64,000 nt of DNA from Eubacteriales bacterium (GTDB lineage Bacteria > Bacillota > Clostridia > Oscillospirales > CAG-272): assembly GCA_045128735.1 (NCBI GenBank), contig JBGVRT010000052.1, positions 88,137 through 152,136 of the forward strand. The letters are read 5' to 3'. Of the stretch, positions 51,504 to 59,348 are shown piece by piece. Position numbers and translations under genes: made by a program. Position 1 is the first letter of the stretch. Every line of letters starts with the position of its first letter. The notes under the pieces were generated by a model. It was not told the DNA's origin. It was given only the letters and a program-made list of their open reading frames with translations, and did not search any database.

Positions 51504-52949
51504 TTATTTTAACGAAATTTCAATAGCCGCAATTCCCGCCTTGGGGAGCATGAACGGTTTTTTTGTTTCAATTACAAACGAGGTAGGGGTAACCTCGTCG
51601 GGAGCTTCAAAGCTGTTATGGGCATGCATATCCTTGTGCGCAAGAAGCGTTACCTTGCCTTTTGCACCGAGGGCAACACTTACTCCTTCAAGTGAAAGCT
51701 CAACGTCCTCGGTACAGGAGAGATTTCCGAGAGTTATAAGCAAATTGCCGTCCTTGACCGAAGCGGAAACGTTCACCGAGCTTGCAAGCTCACTGTTGTC
51801 GGTAACTACCGTTTCAATAGCTTCCGCGCCCTGATGCCCTTTGTACATATCAAATACATGATACGTGGGTGTCACTATACAGTTATCACCGCTCGCCAGG
51901 AAAAGAGCGTGTAGATTGTTGCAAAGCTGTGCCACGTTTGCCATGCGTATTTTGTCACAGTGGTTGTTGAATATGTTGAGAGTCAATGCGGAGACCATTG
52001 CATCGCGCATAGTGCTTTGCTGTTCGAAAAGGTTGTAGCCCTTGCTTGGACCAGAGCCGTCGGGATGCCAACATCCCCACTCGTCAACGACGAGCTTAAG
52101 CTCATTTTGCTTGCCGTGAGCGCAGATAATGTTCCAATTACGTAAAATTATTTCCTCCATTTTTTGCGCCTTGACCATCATCGTATCCCATTCTTCTGAT
52201 GTGAAGCTTAACGGATCGCCCGCTCTGCCGCAATAGTAGTGCATTGCAAAGCCTGTGGTGTGGGGAGAAAGATAAGGAACGGTACCGTGAGTCCACTCGT
52301 ACTTTGCTCCGTCCGTGCCGCAAGCATAAAGCTCGGCTTTGGGAAAAGCATAGTGCATTATTTCCGCGTAACGGCGACATTCGTCCGCGTAAAAACCGGG
52401 ACGCATTCTTCCGCCGCCGCCCCAGTTTTCGTTTCCGACTCCCCAGAAAGGAATGTCAAAAGGTTCTGCGTGACCGTTACTTTCACGCTCAAGCGCAAGT
52501 GTCGTGCTGCCTCGAGGGGAGAGACAGTAATCCATCCAATTTCTTATATGCATGGGCGTCATTGTTGTAAGATTTGCAGCAAAATACGGCTTTGCGCCTA
52601 CCATTTCGCAAAAATCTATAAATTCGTGAGTTCCTACCGCGTTGGATTCCTTGCGACCGTCTTTGTAGTCCCACCAATTTATGCGTGTGGGGCGGTTTTC
52701 GCCTATGCCGTCGCGCCAGTCGTATATCTCAGCATAGCATCCGCCCGGCCAACGGAGCACAGGAGGGTTTATAGCCTTGAATTTTTCAATAATATCCTTT
52801 CTGAATCCGCGAACGTTTGGAATGCTTGAATCTTTACCGACCCACAGACCGTCGTAAAATACGCCGCCGATATGCTCGGAAAAATGACCGTATATCTCGG
52901 GAGCAATAGTGCCTTTTTTCTTGGGGAAAATTAAATAAATTTTTTTCAT
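51504..52949 (-). CDS. GH51 alpha-L-arabinofuranosidase
   Basis: YGHFSEH, LRWPGGC, GTHEF, WGVGNENWG, VDEWG, MANVAQ. Confidence 0.92.
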   Translation of the reverse strand: MKKIYLIFPKKKGTIAPEIYGHFSEHIGGVFYDGLWVGKDSSIPNVRGFRKDIIEKFKAINPPVLRWPGGCYAEIYDWRDGIGENRPTRINWWDYKDGRKESNAVGTHEFIDFCEMVGAKPYFAANLTTMTPMHIRNWMDYCLSPRGSTTLALERESNGHAEPFDIPFWGVGNENWGGGGRMRPGFYADECRRYAEIMHYAFPKAELYACGTDGAKYEWTHGTVPYLSPHTTGFAMHYYCGRAGDPLSFTSEEWDTMMVKAQKMEEIILRNWNIICAHGKQNELKLVVDEWGCWHPDGSGPSKGYNLFEQQSTMRDAMVSALTLNIFNNHCDKIRMANVAQLCNNLHALFLASGDNCIVTPTYHVFDMYKGHQGAEAIETVVTDNSELASSVNVSASVKDGNLLITLGNLSCTEDVELSLEGVSVALGAKGKVTLLAHKDMHAHNSFEAPDEVTPTSFVIETKKPFMLPKAGIAAIEISLK

Positions 52950-53058
52950 AATGAAATTCCTTTCCTGCAATATGTTTTCATTATACTATAAAAACTCTTG
53001 ACAAGTCAAGAAAATTTCGGTATAATTATAGCCAATAGGTAACTTTTTGGGAGGTCGT

Positions 53059-53826
53059 ATGATTTATCAGACACATAATTCGGTGGGGCAAAACTATTTT
53101 GAGTGCATCCGTTATACAAATTTTAGTTTTGTTCCGCATATGCACCGTCACCCCGAGCTTATATGTGTGCGTGAGGGAACCATCGCCGTTGTTACAAACG
53201 GAAAACGTGAGATTATTTCTGCTGGTGAATACGGTTGGATTCCTTCAAATTCAATACATTCCTGTGAAAACGTGGATAATTGCGTGGTTGACGTGTGCAT
53301 TTATTCCGAGGATTTTGTGCCGACCTTTTCAAAGGAAATACGTAAGAAATTTCCCGACAGATCGAAGTTTAATTGCCGTTATTCGGTGTCGAAATTTATT
53401 AACGACGAGCTTTTTGTTTCGGACAAAGAGGTTGATTTCTTTACGCGAAAAGCGGCGCTTTATGCTGTGGCGGGAGAGATATTTGAGCAAATAGAGTTTC
53501 AGGATATTTCCGCCAAAAACGAAGCTCTTATCGACGTAATAATCCGATACGTTGCAGAAAATTATACCGAAAATATAACGTTGAAGGGAATTGCGGAGGA
53601 GCTTGGATACGATGAACGCTATCTTTCGCGTTGCTTCCATAATACCGTTCCGATGCACTTTTCGGCGTACGTTAATCTTTTCAGAGTTGACCACGCTATC
53701 GCTTTGCTCCAAAACACCGATTTGCTTGTCTCAGAGGTGTCAATGGAAAGCGGCTTCCAAAGTATAAGAAGCTTTAACCGCGTTTTTCAGGAGATAACAG
53801 GCAAAAGCCCAAAGGATTTTGTTTGA
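53059..53826 (+). CDS. AraC-family regulator
   Basis: PHMH..PE cupin; ESGFQSIRSFNRVF...TG.SP; divergent from the GH51 gene. Confidence 0.9.
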   Translation: MIYQTHNSVGQNYFECIRYTNFSFVPHMHRHPELICVREGTIAVVTNGKREIISAGEYGWIPSNSIHSCENVDNCVVDVCIYSEDFVPTFSKEIRKKFPDRSKFNCRYSVSKFINDELFVSDKEVDFFTRKAALYAVAGEIFEQIEFQDISAKNEALIDVIIRYVAENYTENITLKGIAEELGYDERYLSRCFHNTVPMHFSAYVNLFRVDHAIALLQNTDLLVSEVSMESGFQSIRSFNRVFQEITGKSPKDFV

Positions 53827-53885
53827 TTTGATCATCTTGAAAGCAACACTGTCAAAAAAAGGCGATAAAAACTTTTATAAATCTA

Positions 53886-53914
53886 TTGCAAAAAACAGGG
53901 AAATGGTGTATAAT
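53886..53914 (+). promoter_or_regulatory. Sigma-A promoter of ssrA
   Basis: TTGCAA-17 bp-TATAAT. Confidence 0.75.
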
Positions 53915-53937
53915 ATATAGCGTTATCCATAAATCAC

Positions 53938-54306
53938 GGGGGCGTAAAGGTTTCGACGGGGATTTTGAGATATGATAAGCGAGTAGAGCTGAGTAACTCT
54001 ATAAAGGCTCAAACTTAAAATTAAACGCTAACAATAAAGTAGCAATGGCTGCCTAACGGCAGTGCCGCGGCTTAATATAGCCGCCCGTTCCCTCGGAGAG
54101 TATCGCGGCTTCGAGCTGAGCGTCATTTGAGCGGTGAACGTGAACCGAGAGTTTGCTTTTGTATCGGTCACGCACTAAAAGGCTACCCAAAGCAGAAGTT
54201 TGTCCGTTGACGTCAGCCAAGGGGAATTCTAAATAACGGAATACACTCGTAGAAAGTTGTATTAACGGGTTTTCGGACAGGGGTTCGACTCCCCTCGCCT
54301 CCACCA
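53938..54306 (+). ncRNA. ssrA: tmRNA
   Basis: 5' GGGGGCGTAAAGGTTTCGACGGG; 3' GGTTCGACTCCCCTCGCCTCCACCA; G:U in acceptor stem; tag reading frame 54027-54056 = ANNKVAMAA*. Confidence 0.96.
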
Positions 54307-54406
54307 TCGGAGGAGTAAACGAACACCCAGCGCTGTATGTTTGCAGCACCATGTTCGTCCTGCTCCTGCCTCTGTCTGCTGTGAGGTAAAAGACAGCAGA
54401 AAAAAG

Positions 54407-54449
54407 AAAAAGCCCACCCGACGGCCTGAGAGGCCGCTGGGTGGGTTTT
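54407..54449 (-). terminator. Terminator of the phage late operon (probably bidirectional)
   Basis: AAAAGCCCACCC..CGGCCT-gag-AGGCCG..GGGTGGGTTTT with A and T runs on both sides. Confidence 0.8.
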
Positions 54450-54465
54450 GTTTGTGTGTAGGTAT

Positions 54466-54858
54466 TTACTCGGCTTTCGCCTCTCCGACGCTCTGTGCGT
54501 CATTCTGAGCAGCCTGCGCGGGCTTTTCTGCGTATGCTTCGAGCAGCGCGGGGTTCTTGGCCCATGCTTCCTTAGCTTTTGCCAGCGCTTCCTCTACCCA
54601 GCGCACGAGTGTGTCGTTGCTGATGAAGGTCTTGATGATGCCGGGCAGTTTGGGATAAATCAGATCAATGACTGCTGCCAGCTTCAGAGAGCCGGTACCG
54701 GCGCCGAGCTGCGTCTCTGCGTCTGTGACCAGCGCGTAGAGCATGTGCATGACGACCGACTTGTTGCCCTTGAAGACGGCGAACACAACGGCCACCACGG
54801 CCGCAACGATCAAAAGAATGAAGTCCCAGTTTGCGATGATAAAGTTCAACACGTTCAT
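54466..54858 (-). CDS. Putative phage holin (N-terminal TM)
   Basis: NWDFILLIVAAVVAVVFAVF, ALVTDAE..LGAGTG.LKLA.V; GGAGG RBS; last gene of the lysis module. Confidence 0.65.
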   Translation of the reverse strand: MNVLNFIIANWDFILLIVAAVVAVVFAVFKGNKSVVMHMLYALVTDAETQLGAGTGSLKLAAVIDLIYPKLPGIIKTFISNDTLVRWVEEALAKAKEAWAKNPALLEAYAEKPAQAAQNDAQSVGEAKAE

Positions 54859-54875
54859 CGTGTTATACCTCCGTA

Positions 54876-55034
54876 TTATGATTTTTTGTTGTGCTCCTCG
54901 CACGGGAACGGGCAGCGGGCGCAGTCCGAACGATCGCAGCCGGCCCCGTCTCCGTTCACGAGGGCGATGATCCAGATGATGGTGCAGCCGAGCCCCAGAA
55001 GGAGCCCGGCCACGTTGAGAACATTTTCCACCAT
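54876..55034 (-). CDS. Small membrane protein with Cys-rich tail (52 aa)
   Basis: One TM then [13 protein letters not shown]; fills the gap between lysin and holin. Confidence 0.6.
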   Translation of the reverse strand: MVENVLNVAGLLLGLGCTIIWIIALVNGDGAGCDRSDCARCPFPCEEHNKKS

Positions 55035-55039
55035 GGCGA

Positions 55040-56662
55040 TCACGCCTTGGTGAAGGTTCCGGCGTCTACCCAGCCGTAGACCGTGGCGCCGGCGCCGGAG
55101 ACTCTGACGAGGTGGTAGGGGTGCTTGGACTTGCCGAGCTGGTAGATCTGCGTGATCTTGGCCTTGCCGCCTTTGCAGGCCTTCGGGCTGGAGCTGTTCG
55201 CGCTGGTGTAGTGTGTGCTGCAGGAGTAGTTGACGACGTCGCCCACCTTCGGCGTCCACGTCTGAGGCGTCTGAGGCGTCTCTGTGGCCGCTTCCATGAT
55301 GTCCGCCACGTCTACCCAGCCGTAGACGGTCGAGCCGCCTCCGCTGACGTTTACGAGGTGGTAGGGGTGCTTGCTTTTGCCGAGCTGGTAGATCGCGGTG
55401 ATCTTAGCCTTACCGGGCTTGCAGGCGGGCCCGCTCGCTGCGTTCGCGTTCGCGTAGTGCTTGCTGCCGGTGAAGGTGACGATGTCGCCGACCTTCAGCG
55501 CGGATCCTGAAGGAGCTGCGGGCTTTTCCTGCTCTTTTGGTTCTTCCTTCGGAGCTTCAGCCGCTCCGGAGTATGTAACATAGGGCAGCTTGCCGTGCTT
55601 CGTCCAGTTTCGGCGCTGGTACCCGCTCTTGGAGCAGTTGCAGGCTGTGATCTGCACGCAGTTCTTCCACGCAGGCGTGCACTCGACTGCGAGCCCGTCC
55701 CCCACGTAGATGCCGATGTGGCCCTTCATCCACACCGCCTCGCCGATCTCGATGCTGGAGAAGTCTGTGCTGACCTCTTTGCAGACCGTGATCATGGAGT
55801 CGGCGCCGATGTCCGGCACGTTGTTCGCCTTGTAGCTCGCGCCTCCGTAGATCTTGGAGGCGTCGCCACTCCAGCCCCAGAGCAGTCCCTTGATCAGGCA
55901 GACGCAGTCGAAGCCGAAGGTGTCAGCTGAAGCTGCGGAGATCATGGCCTGCCGATCGGCCGCCTTGTTGTAGCTGTGGTTTGTGCGGTATCTTACCTTG
56001 TTCGTCTCGTTCATGGGCGCACCGAAGCAGCCCATGACGTAGAGCGTCTTGTGGTTTTTTGCGGCGTCGATCGCTCTCTTTGCGAGCTCTGCCGCGGTCG
56101 TGATCTTTCCGGTCACTGTTCCCACGTCCTTTCCGGTGTTGGTTTTTGCGGCAAATTGATCGAAGAACTGCTGCCCGTATGCCGCGCGGGCCTGCTGGAC
56201 GCTCGTCCCTTGGTTCGCCGGGCGCTCGTACTTCAGGAGCACCGCGTCCGACGCCTCTCGGATCGTCTTGGCGTTCTTCAGAGTGGTCAGGACGGAGCCG
56301 TAGCTCTCGCTGAGTTCCTTCCAGAGGAAGCAGAGCTGCATCTCCAGATCTCCGATCGAGGCCTTGCAGCTTCTCGCGTAGTTCAGGAGCTTCTCCTTCC
56401 TTGACCAGTACGTCCACTGGGCGAGGCCGTAGCCGGCGGAGTCCTTCACGAAGTTCGTGTAGGTGCCGGCATCCACGGCGGCCGTGTAGCTGGCGTCAGT
56501 GTGTCCCAGTTTCCGCTCGTAGGTCTGTTGCAGGTTCATGGGGTTCAGGGCGCTCTCGGCTTTCAGGTTTCCCATCAGGCCGGCAGCGCCGCACTCGCTG
56601 AGGCCTTTGGAGATCAGGAAGTTCCAGATCTTCTCGGCCGTCGTGTTTCCTTTAAGGCTCAT
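55040..56662 (-). CDS. Multidomain endolysin: phage-tail-lysozyme-like domain, NlpC/P60-like domain, two cell-wall-binding repeats
   Basis: [13 protein letters not shown]...[16 protein letters not shown]...[13 protein letters not shown]; two KVGD...HPYHLV...VYGWVD repeats; ATG 56662 after AGGAGG. Confidence 0.88.
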   Translation of the reverse strand: MSLKGNTTAEKIWNFLISKGLSECGAAGLMGNLKAESALNPMNLQQTYERKLGHTDASYTAAVDAGTYTNFVKDSAGYGLAQWTYWSRKEKLLNYARSCKASIGDLEMQLCFLWKELSESYGSVLTTLKNAKTIREASDAVLLKYERPANQGTSVQQARAAYGQQFFDQFAAKTNTGKDVGTVTGKITTAAELAKRAIDAAKNHKTLYVMGCFGAPMNETNKVRYRTNHSYNKAADRQAMISAASADTFGFDCVCLIKGLLWGWSGDASKIYGGASYKANNVPDIGADSMITVCKEVSTDFSSIEIGEAVWMKGHIGIYVGDGLAVECTPAWKNCVQITACNCSKSGYQRRNWTKHGKLPYVTYSGAAEAPKEEPKEQEKPAAPSGSALKVGDIVTFTGSKHYANANAASGPACKPGKAKITAIYQLGKSKHPYHLVNVSGGGSTVYGWVDVADIMEAATETPQTPQTWTPKVGDVVNYSCSTHYTSANSSSPKACKGGKAKITQIYQLGKSKHPYHLVRVSGAGATVYGWVDAGTFTKA

Positions 56663-57023
56663 GTGAGTCCTCCTTTCCGGCTTCGTTCTGAAGCCGCTCC
56701 TCGCGATCCTGATCCTCGCGGATCCACTTGCGGTCTTGCCGGCGTTCCTTGGTGGTCTTGATCCACGCCATGGCGCCGCACTCGCCACCGAGGGCAGCGA
56801 ACACGCAGGTGCAGAGGGTGTCCGGGATCATCCCGGTCTCTCTGAAGATCTTGATCATTTCCAGTGTGAAGGCGACCAGCGCGACGGCTATGATCACGAG
56901 GATCACGTCCATCGTGCGGATCTTCTTCGGGGTTTTGTTTGCTTTGGCCTTCGCTCGGCGACGCTTCAGACGGCGCCACCAGAGCTTCAGCCTGCTGCTT
57001 TTTCTTGCAGCCATTTGGATCAC
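56652..57023 (-). CDS. Phage membrane protein, possible holin
   Basis: Basic N-terminus, two hydrophobic segments, charged C-terminus; overlaps the lysin start. Confidence 0.6.
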   Translation of the reverse strand: MIQMAARKSSRLKLWWRRLKRRRAKAKANKTPKKIRTMDVILVIIAVALVAFTLEMIKIFRETGMIPDTLCTCVFAALGGECGAMAWIKTTKERRQDRKWIREDQDREERLQNEAGKEDSHEP

Positions 57024-57421
57024 CTCGTTTTGAGCGGCAGGTGGTTCACTTCCTCCATGAGGGTGTCGAGGTCGCCGTTTCCGCAGAGTCCGAAGTGGTA
57101 CGTGTGGTGCATATTGTTGAGGATCCGGCGATCGTCAAAGTCGATCTCCTTGTCCGCGATGTATGCCTGCCCCAGAAAACGGATGCGGTCGTAGAGCACG
57201 AACTTCATGGCCTCCTTCAGGACTTCTGTCGTGTCCTCGATGGCTCCGAGACGCTCCTCGGTTTTGAGGGCTGCCTGACGTTCAGCTTCTTCCTGCTTCC
57301 TCTCGACTTTGTCCTCCTTGTCCGCTTGTCGTTTTCGCTTCCATGCGAAGCGATCGGCCAGCACTTTGATCAGTGCGGCCAGCGCTCCGCCGGAGACGAA
57401 GCCTATAAGTAGTTCGATCAT
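57020..57421 (-). CDS. Phage lysis-module protein with N-terminal TM and coiled coil
   Basis: MIELLIGFVSGGALAALI; LYDRI...Y...LCGNG motif; ATGA-coupled to the RT stop. Confidence 0.7.
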   Translation of the reverse strand: MIELLIGFVSGGALAALIKVLADRFAWKRKRQADKEDKVERKQEEAERQAALKTEERLGAIEDTTEVLKEAMKFVLYDRIRFLGQAYIADKEIDFDDRRILNNMHHTYHFGLCGNGDLDTLMEEVNHLPLKTR

Positions 57422-58512
57422 GTGTCTGTGTCCTTCCTTTGGAATGTGATGTTGCGCTCGATCCACCGGCGCAGTCCGTAGCTGTTGCAGTGGCTCATCA
57501 TGCCGTAGTAGCTCGCCATGGTGTTCTGCACCGCCTCCAGATCTATGAGGCCTTCGGCGTACTGCTTCTCTATGAAGCGGATCCGGGCCTTCATTTTCTT
57601 CAGCGGCTTCCGGTTCATCTTCCTCCAGTTCACGTGGATCTGAAGGCCGACGAAGCTGATGCCGTTCCGGACTTTGTTGATGGTGGTCTTGGCATTGAGT
57701 TCGAGATGCAGCTGCTCGTTCAGGAACTCCTCGATCCTTTCCTTGCAGCTGTGCAGCTCCTTCTTGTCTGGCATCAGGAGCACCATGTCGTCCATGTAGC
57801 GGATGTAGTGGTGCACCTTCAGCGTGTGCTTGACGAACTGATCCAGCTCGTTCAGGCAGACGTTCGCCAGCAGTTGGCTCGTGAGGTTTCCGATCGGCAT
57901 CCCGACCTCGAAAAGCCGCTCAGAGGGCGGCACTTCGTCGGCGTTCTTTCCCGGTGGAAGCCCGAAGGGCGTGTGGTCGCAGTTGATGATCGTCTCCATA
58001 AGCCAGAGAAGCCCGTCCTCTCCCTTGAACTTCCGGCGCAGGATGTTCATGAGAACCTCGTGATCCACGCGGTAGAAGTATTTGGAGACGTCGAGCTTCA
58101 GATAATACCACTCGTCCGGTGTCCGGTCGACCTTCTGCATCCAGTATTGCAGCCGATCAGCTGCGCGGGTGGTGCCTTTGCCGACGCGGCAGCCGTATGA
58201 GTGAAATATAAATTGATTGTCGAACAGTGGGTTCAGCTGCAAATAGATCGCCCACTGAACGACGCGGTCGCGGAAGCTCAGCGCCATGATCAGGCGCTTT
58301 TTCGGCTCGTAGACGTAGAACTCACGATAGCGCCCGACGGAGTAGGTGCGCCAGATCAGCTCGTTCTGGATGCTGATCAGGTTCTCCTCCAGATGGGCGG
58401 TGAAGTTCGCGACGTCCTGCTTGAACCACTTCTCCCGGCCGGCTTCGTGGTATGCGTTCAGGAGGTTCTCCCACGAGTAGATCCTCTCGTAAATTGTCAG
58501 TTTTTCGTCCAT
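57418..58512 (-). CDS. DGR reverse transcriptase
   Basis: 364 aa; EPKKRLI, FRDRVVQ, SYGCR.GKG, KLDVSKYF, GMPIGNLTSQLLAN, YIRYMDD; no maturase or endonuclease domain; next to TR and avd. Confidence 0.96.
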   Translation of the reverse strand: MDEKLTIYERIYSWENLLNAYHEAGREKWFKQDVANFTAHLEENLISIQNELIWRTYSVGRYREFYVYEPKKRLIMALSFRDRVVQWAIYLQLNPLFDNQFIFHSYGCRVGKGTTRAADRLQYWMQKVDRTPDEWYYLKLDVSKYFYRVDHEVLMNILRRKFKGEDGLLWLMETIINCDHTPFGLPPGKNADEVPPSERLFEVGMPIGNLTSQLLANVCLNELDQFVKHTLKVHHYIRYMDDMVLLMPDKKELHSCKERIEEFLNEQLHLELNAKTTINKVRNGISFVGLQIHVNWRKMNRKPLKKMKARIRFIEKQYAEGLIDLEAVQNTMASYYGMMSHCNSYGLRRWIERNITFQRKDTDT

Positions 58513-58776
58513 GCTGTTCGTCCTCTTTTCTTATGTGGCACGCGTGTGACAGTCCTTCAGCTCCGGAGCTGCTGCCGGTTGCCAGCTCGGCAGCCTCTCC
58601 GGACTTCTGCCCCGTGTGGGGCGCGTATAGCCTGCGCGGTTTTGCCGCGGTGTTTCGAGGTTTTTGACCACGTCGCCCGCGGCGCCTTTCTTTGGTGCGG
58701 TGCACCGGGAGATGCACCCCTTTGACCTCTGCGTTGCTCTCACCCTTGGGCTTTGAGTCTCTAACAGTCGAGGCCG

Positions 58777-58892
58777 AAGCGGGACGGAAGCCGATGTTCG
58801 TGTTGTAGTTCGAGCGCGGATTGTTGCCATTCGCATAGAACACCCCGGCGTTGCCACCGTTGTTCCAGTTGCCCCCGCGATACACGAGGCGC
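58777..58892 (-). repeat. DGR template repeat (TR)
   Basis: 116-bp ungapped match to 59366-59481; 25 coding-strand adenines, including 10 AAY codons; all 16 mismatches at TR adenines. Confidence 0.97.
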
Positions 58893-58921
58893 GGTTCTTT
58901 TGCGGCACATCCCCCATGATC

Positions 58922-59281
58922 TCAGTCTTTAGACGTGGCCCCTCCGGGGTTCATCCATCGACCGAGCAGACGCCCGATCTCGTTCAGCTCCGCCGACCAG
59001 TCCCGGTGAAGGCCGGGGCTGATGATCTTCGCCTCTGGTGCGACAGCTTGGTCGATCAGAGCACGAAGGACGTCGAGCTCAGCATCGAGCTCGAACTGGT
59101 AGTGCTGGCGCTTTGACGTCCGCGATTTATTTGCGAGAATTGCCAGCCGCAGCATCCGGATCTCGGCCGCCTGAATTTCCGCGCCGAGGGTGTACTTCTC
59201 AGGCTTTCGGAAGTTCGCGATGCGGCCGTAGCTTTTCAGAGTCATGCGGCTGATCTTCTGCTGAAGTATAAACTCTGCCAT
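58922..59281 (-). CDS. avd: DGR accessory variability determinant (four-helix bundle)
   Basis: 119 aa; F.K.EKYTLGAEI, ELD.ELD.LR, EIGRLLGRW; lies between target and TR. Confidence 0.9.
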   Translation of the reverse strand: MAEFILQQKISRMTLKSYGRIANFRKPEKYTLGAEIQAAEIRMLRLAILANKSRTSKRQHYQFELDAELDVLRALIDQAVAPEAKIISPGLHRDWSAELNEIGRLLGRWMNPGGATSKD

Positions 59282-59297
59282 ATTGCCTCCAGATTAT

Positions 59298-59323
59298 AGG
59301 CGCCCGGTGTGAGCCGGACGCCT
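59298..59323 (-). other. GC-rich hairpin downstream of VR (putative DGR target-recognition element)
   Basis: Minus strand AGGCGTCCGG-ctcaca-CCGGGCGCCT, 25 nt after the target stop codon. Confidence 0.7.
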
Positions 59324-59348
59324 TTGTCAGATTACCAGATTACAGAGA

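Noticed and set aside
54053..54503. Minus-strand ORFs containing MVEARGVEPLS and GGGEGSRTPV
   Set aside because: Translations of the reverse complement of the tmRNA 3' end.
55256..55282. 9-bp tandem repeat in the endolysin gene
   Set aside because: In-frame TPQ linker repeat; not a phase-variation or CRISPR signal.
57418..58512. RT as group II intron, retron or abortive-infection RT
   Set aside because: Short, no maturase or endonuclease domain, and flanked by avd and a TR/VR pair with adenine-only mismatches.
58322..58885. 187-aa ORF beginning YRGGNWNNGGNAG, resembling a second DGR target
   Set aside because: It is the TR read in frame, running through the spacer and out of frame into RT; TRs are stop-free by design and no credible RBS is seen.
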